Assembly: GCA_002294445.1 (NCBI GenBank)
Contig: DBEI01000037.1
Location: 457-31,810, forward strand
DNA length: 31,354 nt
Origin: Patescibacteria group bacterium UBA910
Lineage (GTDB): Bacteria; Patescibacteriota; Minisyncoccia; Phycocordibacterales; DATDWN01
Reading direction: 5' to 3'
Both the position numbers and the translations under genes were made by a program. This document shows, in pieces, positions 8,004 through 17,850 of the stretch (position 1 is the first letter of the stretch; each line of letters opens with the position of its first letter). The notes under the pieces were generated by a model. The model worked only from the letters and a program-made list of their open reading frames with translations, did no database searches and had not been told where the DNA came from.

Positions 8004-8648
8004 TTAATTGACCTTACTTGCTATTACCGACAATGTATCACCAACTACCGAGATTCTAATATTCACAGTCGTTCCAATAGGATAATTACTTTCCATTTCT
8101 CCTTCTTTTACCAATATTTTGAGATCATATGCTTTGTCTCTGCTACTACTCATTGTGTCAGCAAGAAACACGCTCGATTGCGCGCACATACCACGATCTG
8201 GAGGACAAGCCTTCTCGCCCAATAACGTTGATACAACCACACCTCGCACTGTTATAGTCTTACCATTTAATGCTGAACGATGATCTACTAAAAATTTCAC
8301 CGATACAGGTTCAATAAAACCAGTTGAAAGCTCAAGATCCGGATATGCTGAAAGTCCAGTATTTTTATTTATCGGTGAAGCCACTGGCTCGGTCACAACA
8401 CCTGAAGGAATAGATGTTGGATTTGTTTCTGGTGGATATGTTGGTTTGCGTACTGGATTTGATGGAGTCACTGTATTAGGTGTCTTACCTGTTAAACCTG
8501 CAACCACAGAAGGAGTCTCTGGGTCTACACGAGAAATCACCATTGGTGATGAATTCCATCGTGACAAGCCCAGATACCCTACCACTGCAACTAACAGCAC
8601 AAGACCCGCTACAACAGGCACACCCACAAAACCTTTATTTTTTTGCAT
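8004..8648 (-). CDS. Membrane-anchored/secreted protein with Pro/Thr-rich linker and possible OB-fold-like C-terminal domain
   Basis: Prepilin-like start MQKNKGF followed by a hydrophobic helix, P/T-rich stalk, and GKTITVRGVVV with a Cys pair. Confidence 0.7.
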   Translation of the reverse strand: MQKNKGFVGVPVVAGLVLLVAVVGYLGLSRWNSSPMVISRVDPETPSVVAGLTGKTPNTVTPSNPVRKPTYPPETNPTSIPSGVVTEPVASPINKNTGLSAYPDLELSTGFIEPVSVKFLVDHRSALNGKTITVRGVVVSTLLGEKACPPDRGMCAQSSVFLADTMSSSRDKAYDLKILVKEGEMESNYPIGTTVNIRISVVGDTLSVIASKVN

Positions 8649-8898
8649 AATGAATTTTTTATGTATTAAATCTAATTATAAGCTTTTATATATATTTACA
8701 AAAGAACATAAGCATACTCCCACTTAAAATCCACAACATACGTCCACCGTTTCATCCTTTTGGAATCATCAGGCAAAATACACATTTCACTACAGTTGGG
8801 GCTTTGAAAGCCCCATGGACCCAATACTTTTACACGAATGGATTTATCGAAACACAGAATAAAATCTGCGATTGTAGAGAGGTGAAGCGTTAAGGAAA

Positions 8899-8973
8899 CT
8901 AGCCCTTCATTGCTTCTAAAGCGTCGCGCCAGTTGAAATACACGACTCCCCGGATTACCCAATAGCGGTTCAT
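8899..8973 (-). CDS. Candidate 24-aa peptide with a strong SD
   Basis: AAAGGAGGT (8987-8979), a 5-nt spacer, then ATG; MNRYWVIRGVVYFNWRDALEAMKG*. Confidence 0.4.
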   Translation of the reverse strand: MNRYWVIRGVVYFNWRDALEAMKG

Positions 8974-9180
8974 CCCATACCTCCTTTCTCCGGTTTTTCC
9001 ACCGGATATACATATATAAATAATAAAGAACAAAAGAGATCGTCCGAAACAATGCGATTGTAAGCGCAAACGACGCACGAACGATTTAAACCCTAGTATA
9101 ACACACAATTGTAAAATAGAAAAATACATCAACACACACTTTTACCTGAATAGTGTGTGCACATTTTCAATCAACACTTC

Positions 9181-10935
9181 TTAACTTTTCATATTTCTAT
9201 GGAGAAGCATCTCCACAGCCTGTTCTATTGAACCCGCTCGTGTCATTGTTCCATCATTTACAAAGAAGATCTCATCTGCGTTTTCAATCGTATTCAGACG
9301 GTGTGCAATTACCACCTTTGTTGTTTCTTTTGGAAGTTGTTTAAGAATATCTTCAAGAATTTGCTCTGTGACTGTATCAATATTTGCGGTTGCTTCATCA
9401 AGAATAAGGATATCGGGCTTGCGTAACACTGCTCGCATAAATGCAATAACCTGTCTCTGACCAAGACTCATTGTATCCCCTCCAGCATACACAGGAGTAT
9501 CGAGACCTTTATCAAACAATTTAATTAAACTATTTAGACCCGTATCTGTAAGAATTTGTGTCAGTTCTACACTTGAAACACCTGCATACTTTTCATTGCC
9601 ACATACAATGTTATCTTTAACAGTACCCACAAAGAGAAAAGGTTCTTGAAGAATGAAACCAATTTTTTGAGTCCGTTCAACAGAATCATACGAGCGAATA
9701 TCATATCCATCAAGAAATACTTTTCCTTTTATTGGATCAAACATACGGGCCATCAGTGATGCTGTTGTGGTCTTGCCACCTCCTGTAGGACCAACAAGCG
9801 CATATGTTTTACCTTTATCTAACGCGAAATTAATATTATGAAGTACTTCTTTTCCGTTTGGATATGCAAAAGAGACATGATCAAAAGAAAGCACAGAATG
9901 ACCTCCCATATGGGCACCTCGCGGAATAGAGACTAGATCATTTTCCATATTAAGAATTACATTGATACGATCCCATCCAGCAAGTGCTGTCTGAAAACTA
10001 GTCCATAATGCAGCAAGTTGTCGAAGCGGTGTGTAGAAATTTGTTACATATGAAATAAAACTAATAAGCAAACCGAGTGTAAACTCCCCATGCATAATAA
10101 GATACACACCAAAAGTAACAACAATAAGCTGAGCTACTGTAGATGCGAATGTATACACTGGCGTAAAAATATTATTTGCAATTCCTGCCCGCACAGCAAC
10201 ATCATAATTTTTTGCATTTGATTCCTCAAAACGCTTGCGAAAATAGTCACGTCGATTGAATGCTACAATCACTTTAAAATTAGTAAGACTTTCTTGTATT
10301 TCTGCACTGAGACCTCCAACACTCTGTAGACTTTCAGCATTTTTTCTCTTAATCCACGGAGAGAGTAATTGTGTCAGAACCAACAAAAACACAGCAGGAA
10401 CCAATGCGCTTGCACCAAGTGTTACATTAATGGTGAGCAAAAATATCCCTGCGCCTACCATTGTAAACACACTTCCGATAAACTGCATAAGTGACTGTGA
10501 AAAGAATTGATTCAATTTATCTGTATCATTATTGATGCGTGAAATTAGATCTCCAGCTTTATTTTGATTGAAAAATGCCACAGGAAGATCTTGAAGTTTT
10601 GCAAATACAGCATTACGAAGTTTAAAGAGCATTCTCTGACTTACACTTCCCATCCACTTTGTTTGCAAATAACTTGCAACAAGTCCCATCACAAACAATG
10701 CAAGCAATATCACTGAATATGTCAGCACACCGTCATAGCGACCCTTCAAAACATATGTATCAACAGTATGACCAATAAGAAATGGGCCAAGCAGTGTAAT
10801 GAATGAATTTACAATAATAGCAACGAAAGACCATGCGAGATTTTTCTTCTCACCATCTAGCAATGGCAACAAACTCTTCAGAGCCTGAAAAGTACTCACC
10901 TTAACTTTTTTGTCTGTATTAAGTGTGTAATTCAT
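9181..10935 (-). CDS. ABC exporter fused permease/ATPase, heterodimer subunit with canonical Walker B and H-loop
   Basis: TMD plus GPTGGGKT, MSLGQRQ (degenerate signature), ILDEATA and IAHR; start moved to MNYTLN. Confidence 0.92.
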   Translation of the reverse strand: MNYTLNTDKKVKVSTFQALKSLLPLLDGEKKNLAWSFVAIIVNSFITLLGPFLIGHTVDTYVLKGRYDGVLTYSVILLALFVMGLVASYLQTKWMGSVSQRMLFKLRNAVFAKLQDLPVAFFNQNKAGDLISRINNDTDKLNQFFSQSLMQFIGSVFTMVGAGIFLLTINVTLGASALVPAVFLLVLTQLLSPWIKRKNAESLQSVGGLSAEIQESLTNFKVIVAFNRRDYFRKRFEESNAKNYDVAVRAGIANNIFTPVYTFASTVAQLIVVTFGVYLIMHGEFTLGLLISFISYVTNFYTPLRQLAALWTSFQTALAGWDRINVILNMENDLVSIPRGAHMGGHSVLSFDHVSFAYPNGKEVLHNINFALDKGKTYALVGPTGGGKTTTASLMARMFDPIKGKVFLDGYDIRSYDSVERTQKIGFILQEPFLFVGTVKDNIVCGNEKYAGVSSVELTQILTDTGLNSLIKLFDKGLDTPVYAGGDTMSLGQRQVIAFMRAVLRKPDILILDEATANIDTVTEQILEDILKQLPKETTKVVIAHRLNTIENADEIFFVNDGTMTRAGSIEQAVEMLLHRNMKS

Positions 10936-12652
10936 ATTGGTTTGTACTTCGTTGTGAGTTATAGATCTGCACATACTCTGGAGATGTTTCTAAAAGTGCC
11001 GTATGTGTACCTTTCGCAAGAACCTCCCCTTCCATCAACAATACAATCTCATCATACTGTTCAATAGATGAAATCTTTTGAGTTACTGAGACTAGTGTGA
11101 GATGTGGATAATTTTTTGCAATATTAGAAAGTATTCTCTGTTCAGTTTGTGTATCCACTCGTGCAGTAAAATCATCGAGTAAGAGAATCTTTGGATTGAG
11201 TGCAAGCGCTCGAGCGAGCATGATACGCTGTTTTTGACCACCAGAAAGACTAGTACCTCTCTCTGATACCAGTGTATCAAGACCAAGAGGCAATGTATTG
11301 ATAAATTCTTTTAGCTCAGCAGTCTCTATCGCTTTCTCCAAAGACGCATCTGTAACATTGTCACTAAATGCAATGTTTTCTCTAATAGTTAGATTAAACA
11401 TAACACTATCTTGGAACACAAAACCAATCTGCTGATGAAGACTCTCACTATCATAATCTGCAACTGGAACAGAATCATACATAATCATTCCAGATGTGGG
11501 TGCAGTAAGCCCAGTCAATAAATACAACATCTGTGATTTACCTGCAGCAGTGGGTCCAATGATAGCAGTGCGTGTACCTGCGCCAACATGGAAAGAAACA
11601 TCTTTAAGGACTTTTTTCTCTCCATATAAAACACTCACATTGTGCACATCTATAACACCCGTAATTTCTTTCACCACATCCCCTTTAGAGGGCACATCAG
11701 GAGTGTTGAGCACTTGTGCAATACGCTCATACGAAGCAGACGCTTGTGAAAAAATATTCATCGTGAATCCAATAATAAATATTGGAAACACAAGAATACC
11801 CACATAGCTATTGAATGCGGTAAAATCTCCCACAGAAAGCGCACCTGTTATAACAAACTTACCTCCAAGCAATAAAATTATTAACGTCCCAAGATTTGCA
11901 ACAAATGCAACAATTGGGATCATCGCTGCAAACAAATTCAGAATTTTTAGCCCCGTCTCTCGAGCTTGCGTATTAACATTACTAAATTTATCGTGTTCAA
12001 ATTTTTGCGAATTAATAACTCGAATCAATCCTGCACCTAAAATGCTTTCATTAATCACTTTATTAAGCCAATCAATAATTTCACGACTTTTTGTAAAGAG
12101 TGGTCTTACTTTACTAAAAATGATAAAAAAAGTTGCCGCAATGATTGGCACTATTGCGAGTACAGCAAGTCCAAGCTTCAAGTCGATCGAGAGAAGCATA
12201 ATACTTGCCCCTAAAATGATCACCACTGAAGAAACAAGAGACGTGATAGCCTGAGACACAAATAATTTTATTGAATCAACATCAGAAGTAAGATACGTTA
12301 GTAACTTTGAAGGATTTGCTTTTTCAACAAACAGATAACTCTCATTTGAAATTTTTACAGACAACCTTGTACGCACATCACGTGCCACTTTTTCTGACAC
12401 GTAAGTTTGAACAATATTTTGCAGGACTGTAAATATAAAAACCCCCGCTCCAAACAAAACAAAGTACATGACAGTGGTCTGATACACAAAATCACCTTTT
12501 ACAAAGGTATTAATCGCATGAGAAATAACTTTCGGCAAAGCCAAACTAAGTACGTTTGCAGTTAATGCTAGAAATATAAGCAACACCAGTGCGCCTTTAT
12601 AAGACTTTAAAAGCTCCGTGATACGAGGTTTATTTTGAACATCATTACCCAT
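10919..12652 (-). CDS. ABC exporter fused permease/ATPase, heterodimer subunit with degenerate Walker B and H-loop
   Basis: TMD plus GPTAAGKS, LSGGQKQR, LLDDFTA (E to D) and VTQK (H to Q); a TM287/288-type asymmetric pair; start moved to MGNDVQ. Confidence 0.92.
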   Translation of the reverse strand: MGNDVQNKPRITELLKSYKGALVLLIFLALTANVLSLALPKVISHAINTFVKGDFVYQTTVMYFVLFGAGVFIFTVLQNIVQTYVSEKVARDVRTRLSVKISNESYLFVEKANPSKLLTYLTSDVDSIKLFVSQAITSLVSSVVIILGASIMLLSIDLKLGLAVLAIVPIIAATFFIIFSKVRPLFTKSREIIDWLNKVINESILGAGLIRVINSQKFEHDKFSNVNTQARETGLKILNLFAAMIPIVAFVANLGTLIILLLGGKFVITGALSVGDFTAFNSYVGILVFPIFIIGFTMNIFSQASASYERIAQVLNTPDVPSKGDVVKEITGVIDVHNVSVLYGEKKVLKDVSFHVGAGTRTAIIGPTAAGKSQMLYLLTGLTAPTSGMIMYDSVPVADYDSESLHQQIGFVFQDSVMFNLTIRENIAFSDNVTDASLEKAIETAELKEFINTLPLGLDTLVSERGTSLSGGQKQRIMLARALALNPKILLLDDFTARVDTQTEQRILSNIAKNYPHLTLVSVTQKISSIEQYDEIVLLMEGEVLAKGTHTALLETSPEYVQIYNSQRSTNQYELHT

Positions 12653-12697
12653 AGTGTGACCATAATACCACACAAGTTAACAAAAATAATCGCACTG

Positions 12698-13372
12698 TTA
12701 ACTCCAATCAATCTCACTCTTATCTTGTTTTTTTAAATATATATTTGTGAGACTAAAGTGCTTACACCCCAAAAAACCCGTATGTGCGGAAAATGGTGAT
12801 GGATGTGGTGCTTCAAGTACACAATGTTTATTTCTGTCGATAATTTTCCCCTTCTCCCGAGCATAATTACCCCAGAGCATAAAGACAATTCCTTCTCGCT
12901 TATCTGAAAGTTCTCGTATCGCTTTGTCTGTAAATTGTTCCCACCCTTTCTTTTGATGCGAACCAGGACTTCCTGCTTGTACAGTTAGTGTCGCATTAAG
13001 TAACAGCACACCTTGTCGTGCCCATCGCGACAGATCTCCATCCTGAAGAGGAAGTATCCCCACATCACTTTCTATCTCTTTGAAAATATTTTTCAACGAT
13101 GGAGGTAAAGGTATGCCGGTATGTACTGCAAATGCGAGACCGTTTGCTTGACCTGCACCATGATATGGATCTTGTCCTAATATAACCACTTTCACCTCAT
13201 CAAATGGACACAAATCAAATGCTCTGAATATTTCCTGAGAGGCTGGATAAACCGTACGATGAAGATATTCGGATTTCACAAAAGAAGCGAGATCTTTAAA
13301 GTACAACTGATCCGGTTCAGACTCCAATACATTATTCCACGATGCCTCTATGTTCAATACTCGACTATTCAT
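12698..13372 (-). CDS. ung: Uracil-DNA glycosylase (family 1)
   Basis: Motifs ILGQDPYHG, LPPSLKNI, GVLLLNATLTV and HPSPFS. Confidence 0.96.
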   Translation of the reverse strand: MNSRVLNIEASWNNVLESEPDQLYFKDLASFVKSEYLHRTVYPASQEIFRAFDLCPFDEVKVVILGQDPYHGAGQANGLAFAVHTGIPLPPSLKNIFKEIESDVGILPLQDGDLSRWARQGVLLLNATLTVQAGSPGSHQKKGWEQFTDKAIRELSDKREGIVFMLWGNYAREKGKIIDRNKHCVLEAPHPSPFSAHTGFLGCKHFSLTNIYLKKQDKSEIDWS

Positions 13373-13448
13373 ATATACGCACTATAGTATCACACAAGAC
13401 ATCCGTTCATTTTGCTATAATATATGTATTACCATTCTATTCTCACAT

Positions 13449-13919
13449 ATGAATAAAAAAATATTTTGGATTGTTGTATTGATTTCTCTTGGTGTCGGAG
13501 TCTTTTTTATGACACAAAAGACAGCCACTACCCCATCCATAAAACAACCACCAATAGCCACAACCACAACCTACACAAACACAACATATGGTTTTACACT
13601 TACTCTCCCTCAAAGTTGGAATGGGTACACAGTCACAACAGGCACCCTACCGTTTGGCTACACTGTTACACTTCGTCACCCATTGTGGACAGAAGAAAAC
13701 CAATACATGGATATACCAATACTTGTATACCCAATTGCTCAATGGAGACAATGGGAATCAAATAATTTCGAAGGGTACCCTACTGCAGCACCTATCGGAC
13801 CCACAGAACGTGGAAGGAATGAACGGTATGTATTTGCCACAGCACCACGATACAACTACAGTTTTAAAACAGGATGGGAAACAGTTGATGAAATAATAAA
13901 GAGCCTTGAAGGGTTTTAA
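13449..13919 (+). CDS. Membrane-anchored secreted hypothetical protein
   Basis: N-terminal TM helix from MNKKIFW, Thr-rich linker and YTNTTYGFTLTLP; start moved from the ORF-track start. Confidence 0.75.
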   Translation: MNKKIFWIVVLISLGVGVFFMTQKTATTPSIKQPPIATTTTYTNTTYGFTLTLPQSWNGYTVTTGTLPFGYTVTLRHPLWTEENQYMDIPILVYPIAQWRQWESNNFEGYPTAAPIGPTERGRNERYVFATAPRYNYSFKTGWETVDEIIKSLEGF

Positions 13920-13942
13920 ATTATGTGACATGATATATTTAT

Positions 13943-14158
13943 ATGAAAAAAAATATAATTATAATTATCCTTTTAGTAATAATACTAGTCATTGGTTACC
14001 TATACTGGACAAAAAACAACACCCAAAGCCCAATGATCCCAGGTAGAGATGGAGGTTCAGGTCTATGTACACGTGAAGCGAAACTCTGTCCAGACGGATC
14101 ATATGTTGAACGTACTGGTCCAAACTGTGAATTTGCAGACTGCCCAACGACAAATTAG
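13943..14158 (+). CDS. Small secreted Cys-rich protein
   Basis: TM helix plus CTREAKLCPDGSYVERTGPNCEFADCP, a four-Cys module common in CPR surface proteins. Confidence 0.75.
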   Translation: MKKNIIIIILLVIILVIGYLYWTKNNTQSPMIPGRDGGSGLCTREAKLCPDGSYVERTGPNCEFADCPTTN

Positions 14159-14206
14159 ACCACACACAAACTCCTCCAAGGGTTACCCTTGGAATTCAGA
14201 AATAAG

Positions 14207-14244
14207 AAATACTCCTTTGAATAAACTTCAGAGGAGTATTTTTA
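14207..14244 (+). terminator. Rho-independent terminator-like hairpin
   Basis: AAATACTCCTTTGAA-taaac-TTCAGAGGAGTATTT followed by a T-run. Confidence 0.65.
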
Positions 14245-14264
14245 TGTTATAGTAGTTACCTCTT

Positions 14265-15113
14265 ATGAACCTCAGCAAATTCAAGAAAACCATTTGGGAT
14301 TACTACAAAACACACGGGCGACACGATCTACCATGGAGGAAAACAAAAGATCCATACAAGATACTTGTATCAGAAATCATGCTTCAACAAACTCAAGTGC
14401 CCAGAGTAATAGAGAAATACAAAAGCTTCTTGAGAAAATTTCCAACAGTAGAATCTCTGACAAAAGCATCACTCAAAGATGTGCTCCTTGAGTGGCAGGG
14501 GCTCGGCTATAATCGCCGAGCGAAATACCTCAAACTCTGTGCGGAAAAAGTTGTTCACGAATACAACGGCAGGTTTCCTCAAACACACAAAGAACTTGTT
14601 GCACTTCCTGGCATCGGCCCCGCTACTGCAGGAGATATTCTCGCCTTTGCATACAATATTCCTGTACCTGTCATAGAAACAAACATCCGATCTGTCTTTA
14701 TTCATTTTTTCTTCCCTGCTTCGCTTCCTCCTTCGCTAAAGCTTCAAAGGACAAGCAAGCTACGCAGGACAAGCCCACTTATTAGCGATAAAGACATTCT
14801 GCCATTGATTGAAAAGGTATTGGATAAAAACAACCCAAGGGAATGGTACTGGGCACTTTTTGACTATGGTGCACACTTGAAGCAGACACGAAACCCAAAC
14901 ACACAGAGCACACATTACGTGAAGCAATCCCCTTTCAAAGGTTCAAACCGAGAAAAACGCTCGCATATTTTGAAACTCATTTTAACTGCACCAAAAAGTG
15001 AAAAAGAAATTGTTGAAACTCTGGGATATGAAAAAGATGTTGTGCAAAAAAACTTAGAGCAAATGATGAAAGAAGATTTAATTAAAAAAGAGAAAGGAAA
15101 ATTTTTTGTATAA
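14265..15113 (+). CDS. mutY: MutY-like A/G-specific adenine glycosylase (HhH-GPD), short Fe-S-less form, with an internal repeat-derived insertion
   Basis: Motifs LPWR, SEIMLQQTQV, WQGLGYNRRA and LPGIGPATA; only one Cys; no C-terminal NUDIX-like domain. Confidence 0.85.
   Translation: MNLSKFKKTIWDYYKTHGRHDLPWRKTKDPYKILVSEIMLQQTQVPRVIEKYKSFLRKFPTVESLTKASLKDVLLEWQGLGYNRRAKYLKLCAEKVVHEYNGRFPQTHKELVALPGIGPATAGDILAFAYNIPVPVIETNIRSVFIHFFFPASLPPSLKLQRTSKLRRTSPLISDKDILPLIEKVLDKNNPREWYWALFDYGAHLKQTRNPNTQSTHYVKQSPFKGSNREKRSHILKLILTAPKSEKEIVETLGYEKDVVQKNLEQMMKEDLIKKEKGKFFV
14716..14774 (+). repeat. In-frame copy of the tmRNA/GIY-YIG-linked repeat
   Basis: CTTCGCTAAAGCT (14731-14743) and AAGCTACGCAGGACAAGC (14757-14774) match CTTCGCTAAAGCTACGCAGTGCAAGC at 22855-22880. 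Confidence 0.75.
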
Positions 15114-15114
15114 A

Positions 15115-15151
15115 CAAAAGGTCCGCCAAGCAGACCTTCTACTTGGCGGAC
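15115..15151 (-). terminator. Terminator for the 15157-15504 gene (possibly bidirectional)
   Basis: GTCCGCCAAG/CTTGGCGGAC 10-bp stem with a U-tract on the minus strand. Confidence 0.7.
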
Positions 15152-15156
15152 AAGTT

Positions 15157-15504
15157 TTACTTCAAGCTAGCGAAAAAGAGTTCAAACTTTCTCTCTTCTT
15201 CACCACCCATGAGCTCAAACCTCAGTGTACCTCTCCGATGCTTCGTAGAGAAGAATCCTTCGGTCCTCCAATGATTCCCGAGATCTCCTTTCCAATTCCA
15301 AAGAAGAGCTTTGAAGTTCCAGCTTTCACCAGAACCATCCTCTTTCTCTAGGGCCATTACACAGACACTGATTTCTTGCTTACAGCCTTCGAGCAAGAAA
15401 TTTACGGTACGTAAATGGGCATGTCCTTCCCCCAAAGAGGCCAGTAAATCATACTTACTGGGTCCTCCAATCACCGAAAAACGAGCTTTATCTTGAGAAG
15501 TCAT
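15157..15504 (-). CDS. Hypothetical protein with canonical SD
   Basis: 115-aa ORF preceded by AAAGGAG, with its own promoter and terminator. Confidence 0.7.
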   Translation of the reverse strand: MTSQDKARFSVIGGPSKYDLLASLGEGHAHLRTVNFLLEGCKQEISVCVMALEKEDGSGESWNFKALLWNWKGDLGNHWRTEGFFSTKHRRGTLRFELMGGEEERKFELFFASLK

Positions 15505-15577
15505 ACGACATCTCCTTTCAACTTCTACCTATCCTTGCGGACGACCTGCTCATACGAGTCAGGAATTACTAAGCAAA

Positions 15578-15606
15578 ACTATACACTATATAAAATATAT
15601 TGTCAA
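15578..15606 (-). promoter_or_regulatory. Near-consensus sigma70 promoter
   Basis: TTGACA-17 nt-TATAGT on the minus strand. Confidence 0.7.
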
Positions 15607-15648
15607 ACACTTCTTTCTCCTTCTATAACCCGCTATACTGAAGGCTAT

Positions 15649-17811
15649 ATGGACCCACTTTCTCCCATAGAAAAAGAAATACGTGTACTTACACCACACC
15701 TTAAGGCACTTCATAAGCTTGGCATCAAGACGGTGGAGGATATGCTCTATCACTTCCCTGTGCGTTACGGTGACACAGCAGAAATAAAAAATATTCAAAG
15801 CTTAACTGCTGGCGAAGACGCGGTTGTGTTTGGAAGAGTATCTGGATTAAAGACAAGTAAAGCGTTTGTAAAAAAGACTCCGATGTCGGATGCTACACTT
15901 TCTGATGAAACGGGACGTATCAAAATTATCTGGTTCAACCAACCATATATTGCAAAAATGATTACTGATAATGCTTTGGTACGTGTTCAAGGAAAAGTCA
16001 GTCAAAGAAAAAAAGACCAGAGTTTCTATTTCTCCAATCCAAAAATTGAACTTGCAAACAAAATACCTACTGGCGTTGGCTCAAGTCTTTTTGGAGAAGA
16101 TGGAGATGAGCACAATCTCTACCCTGTGTACCCAGAAAGCAAAGGGGTTACATCAAATTGGATGTATCATGCGGTAGAGCGAATCTTTAAATCTGGAACA
16201 CTCGATCTCCTACCCGACCCACTCCCTCGACATATTCTCGATACATATCACCTACCAGACATTAAAACAGCGATGATCTGGATTCACGCACCTAAAAAAG
16301 AATCTGATGCAGTCGCTGCACGGAAACGATTTGCATTTCAAGAAATATTTACTATCCACCTTCGTAAAGAACAAGAAAAGCTGACATGGCAAAGAAACCA
16401 AGCTTTTGTAATAAATACAGATAAGAAAAAAGTCACTGATTTTATAAAAACATTTCCTTTTGAAGCCACTGATGCACAAAAAAAAGCTATCGACACAGTG
16501 CTTTCTGATTTTACTCGAGGCTTTCCCATGTCTCGCCTTCTTGAAGGAGACGTGGGTAGTGGAAAGACAGCAGTGGCTGCTGCAACTGTATTTTCTGTAG
16601 TCACCTCAAGACCCAATGGTAAAGATTTTGGAAATCTCCAAGTTGCATATATGGCACCAACAGAAATCCTTGCGAAACAACAGTTTGAAAACTTTATTTC
16701 TTTTTTTCGTAACACCGGCATCCAAGTGGGCCTGATCACAGGAAGCGGGTGCAAAAAATTCCCATCTAAAACCGATCCTTCGAGTTCAACGTCAATCTCA
16801 AAGACTCAACTCTTGAAATGGGTTAAAAATGGAGAAATACCGATTGTTGTGGGCACTCATGCACTGGTATATAAAAGTGTCGAATTTAAGCATTTAGCAT
16901 TTGCCGTGATCGATGAACAACATCGTTTTGGAACACTCCAACGACAAAAGCTGACGACCAAAAACGAACTTGCCCCTCACCTCCTCTCCATGACTGCAAC
17001 CCCAATTCCTCGAACCCTCTCTCTCACCCTTTACGGTGACCTTGATCTTTCTATACTCGACCAAATGCCTATGGGACGAAAACCAATCATTAGTAAAATA
17101 GTATTACCACACGAACGAACATCTACATATGAAGAAGTAAAAAAAGAACTTCGTGCAGGTCGACAGCTCTATGTCATTTGCCCCCGAATTGAAGAGGTAG
17201 ATCCGACTAAAGAAAATGCGGTCATTGCAAAATCAGTAACCGAAGAAGCAAAGCGCCTCAAAGCTGAAGTATTCCAAGAATGGAATATTGGCATTCTTCA
17301 TAGCAAGATGACGTCGAGTGACAAAGAAAAAGTAATGAGTGAATTCGCTGAACATAAAACAGATATTCTCGTGGCAACTTCTGTGGTAGAAGTCGGAGTG
17401 AACGTACCAAACGCAACAATGATTATTATCGAAGGAGCTGAGCGCTTTGGACTCTCACAGCTCCATCAACTCCGCGGACGCGTCATTCGTAGTAACCATC
17501 AGGCATATTGTTATGTGTTTACAGAGAGTACCGGAGAAAAGACAAAAGAACGCATGAAAGCACTCGTTACTGCAAAAAATGGTTTTGAACTTGCTGAATT
17601 TGACTTACAAGCTCGTGGAGCAGGACAACTCTACGGACAAAAACAATGGGGTGTTGGTGACTTGGCGATGGAAGCACTGCAAAATATTAAACTTGTTGAA
17701 GCAAGTCGAATGGAGGCACGAAAACTTGTTGAAGATGATCCTGATTTAAAAAAACATCCTGTCCTTTTAGACTATATATCACAATCAAAAGACAAAATTC
17801 ATTTCGAGTAA
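15649..17811 (+). CDS. recG: ATP-dependent DNA helicase RecG
   Basis: Motifs LLEGDVGSGKT, DEQHRFG, MTATPIPRTL and QLHQLRGRV; start moved to MDPLSP (the ORF-track extension overlaps the divergent gene). Confidence 0.96.
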   Translation: MDPLSPIEKEIRVLTPHLKALHKLGIKTVEDMLYHFPVRYGDTAEIKNIQSLTAGEDAVVFGRVSGLKTSKAFVKKTPMSDATLSDETGRIKIIWFNQPYIAKMITDNALVRVQGKVSQRKKDQSFYFSNPKIELANKIPTGVGSSLFGEDGDEHNLYPVYPESKGVTSNWMYHAVERIFKSGTLDLLPDPLPRHILDTYHLPDIKTAMIWIHAPKKESDAVAARKRFAFQEIFTIHLRKEQEKLTWQRNQAFVINTDKKKVTDFIKTFPFEATDAQKKAIDTVLSDFTRGFPMSRLLEGDVGSGKTAVAAATVFSVVTSRPNGKDFGNLQVAYMAPTEILAKQQFENFISFFRNTGIQVGLITGSGCKKFPSKTDPSSSTSISKTQLLKWVKNGEIPIVVGTHALVYKSVEFKHLAFAVIDEQHRFGTLQRQKLTTKNELAPHLLSMTATPIPRTLSLTLYGDLDLSILDQMPMGRKPIISKIVLPHERTSTYEEVKKELRAGRQLYVICPRIEEVDPTKENAVIAKSVTEEAKRLKAEVFQEWNIGILHSKMTSSDKEKVMSEFAEHKTDILVATSVVEVGVNVPNATMIIIEGAERFGLSQLHQLRGRVIRSNHQAYCYVFTESTGEKTKERMKALVTAKNGFELAEFDLQARGAGQLYGQKQWGVGDLAMEALQNIKLVEASRMEARKLVEDDPDLKKHPVLLDYISQSKDKIHFE

Positions 17812-17850
17812 AGTTCTACAAAATAAGAGAGTGTGTTATACATATCATTC

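Noticed and set aside
8696-9052. 118-aa ORF treated as a real gene
   Set aside because: No recognisable motif or good start context; the strong SD inside it points to a different frame.
14175-14193. Palindrome TCCAAGGG-TTA-CCCTTGGA
   Set aside because: Single copy next to a terminator; no evidence for a separate function.
15493-15648. N-terminal extension of RecG in the ORF track; likewise extensions of both ABC genes, the 13350 ORF, rpmI and the GIY-YIG ORF
   Set aside because: The extensions overlap neighbouring genes or promoters; downstream ATGs with adjacent -10 elements or family-typical starts fit better.
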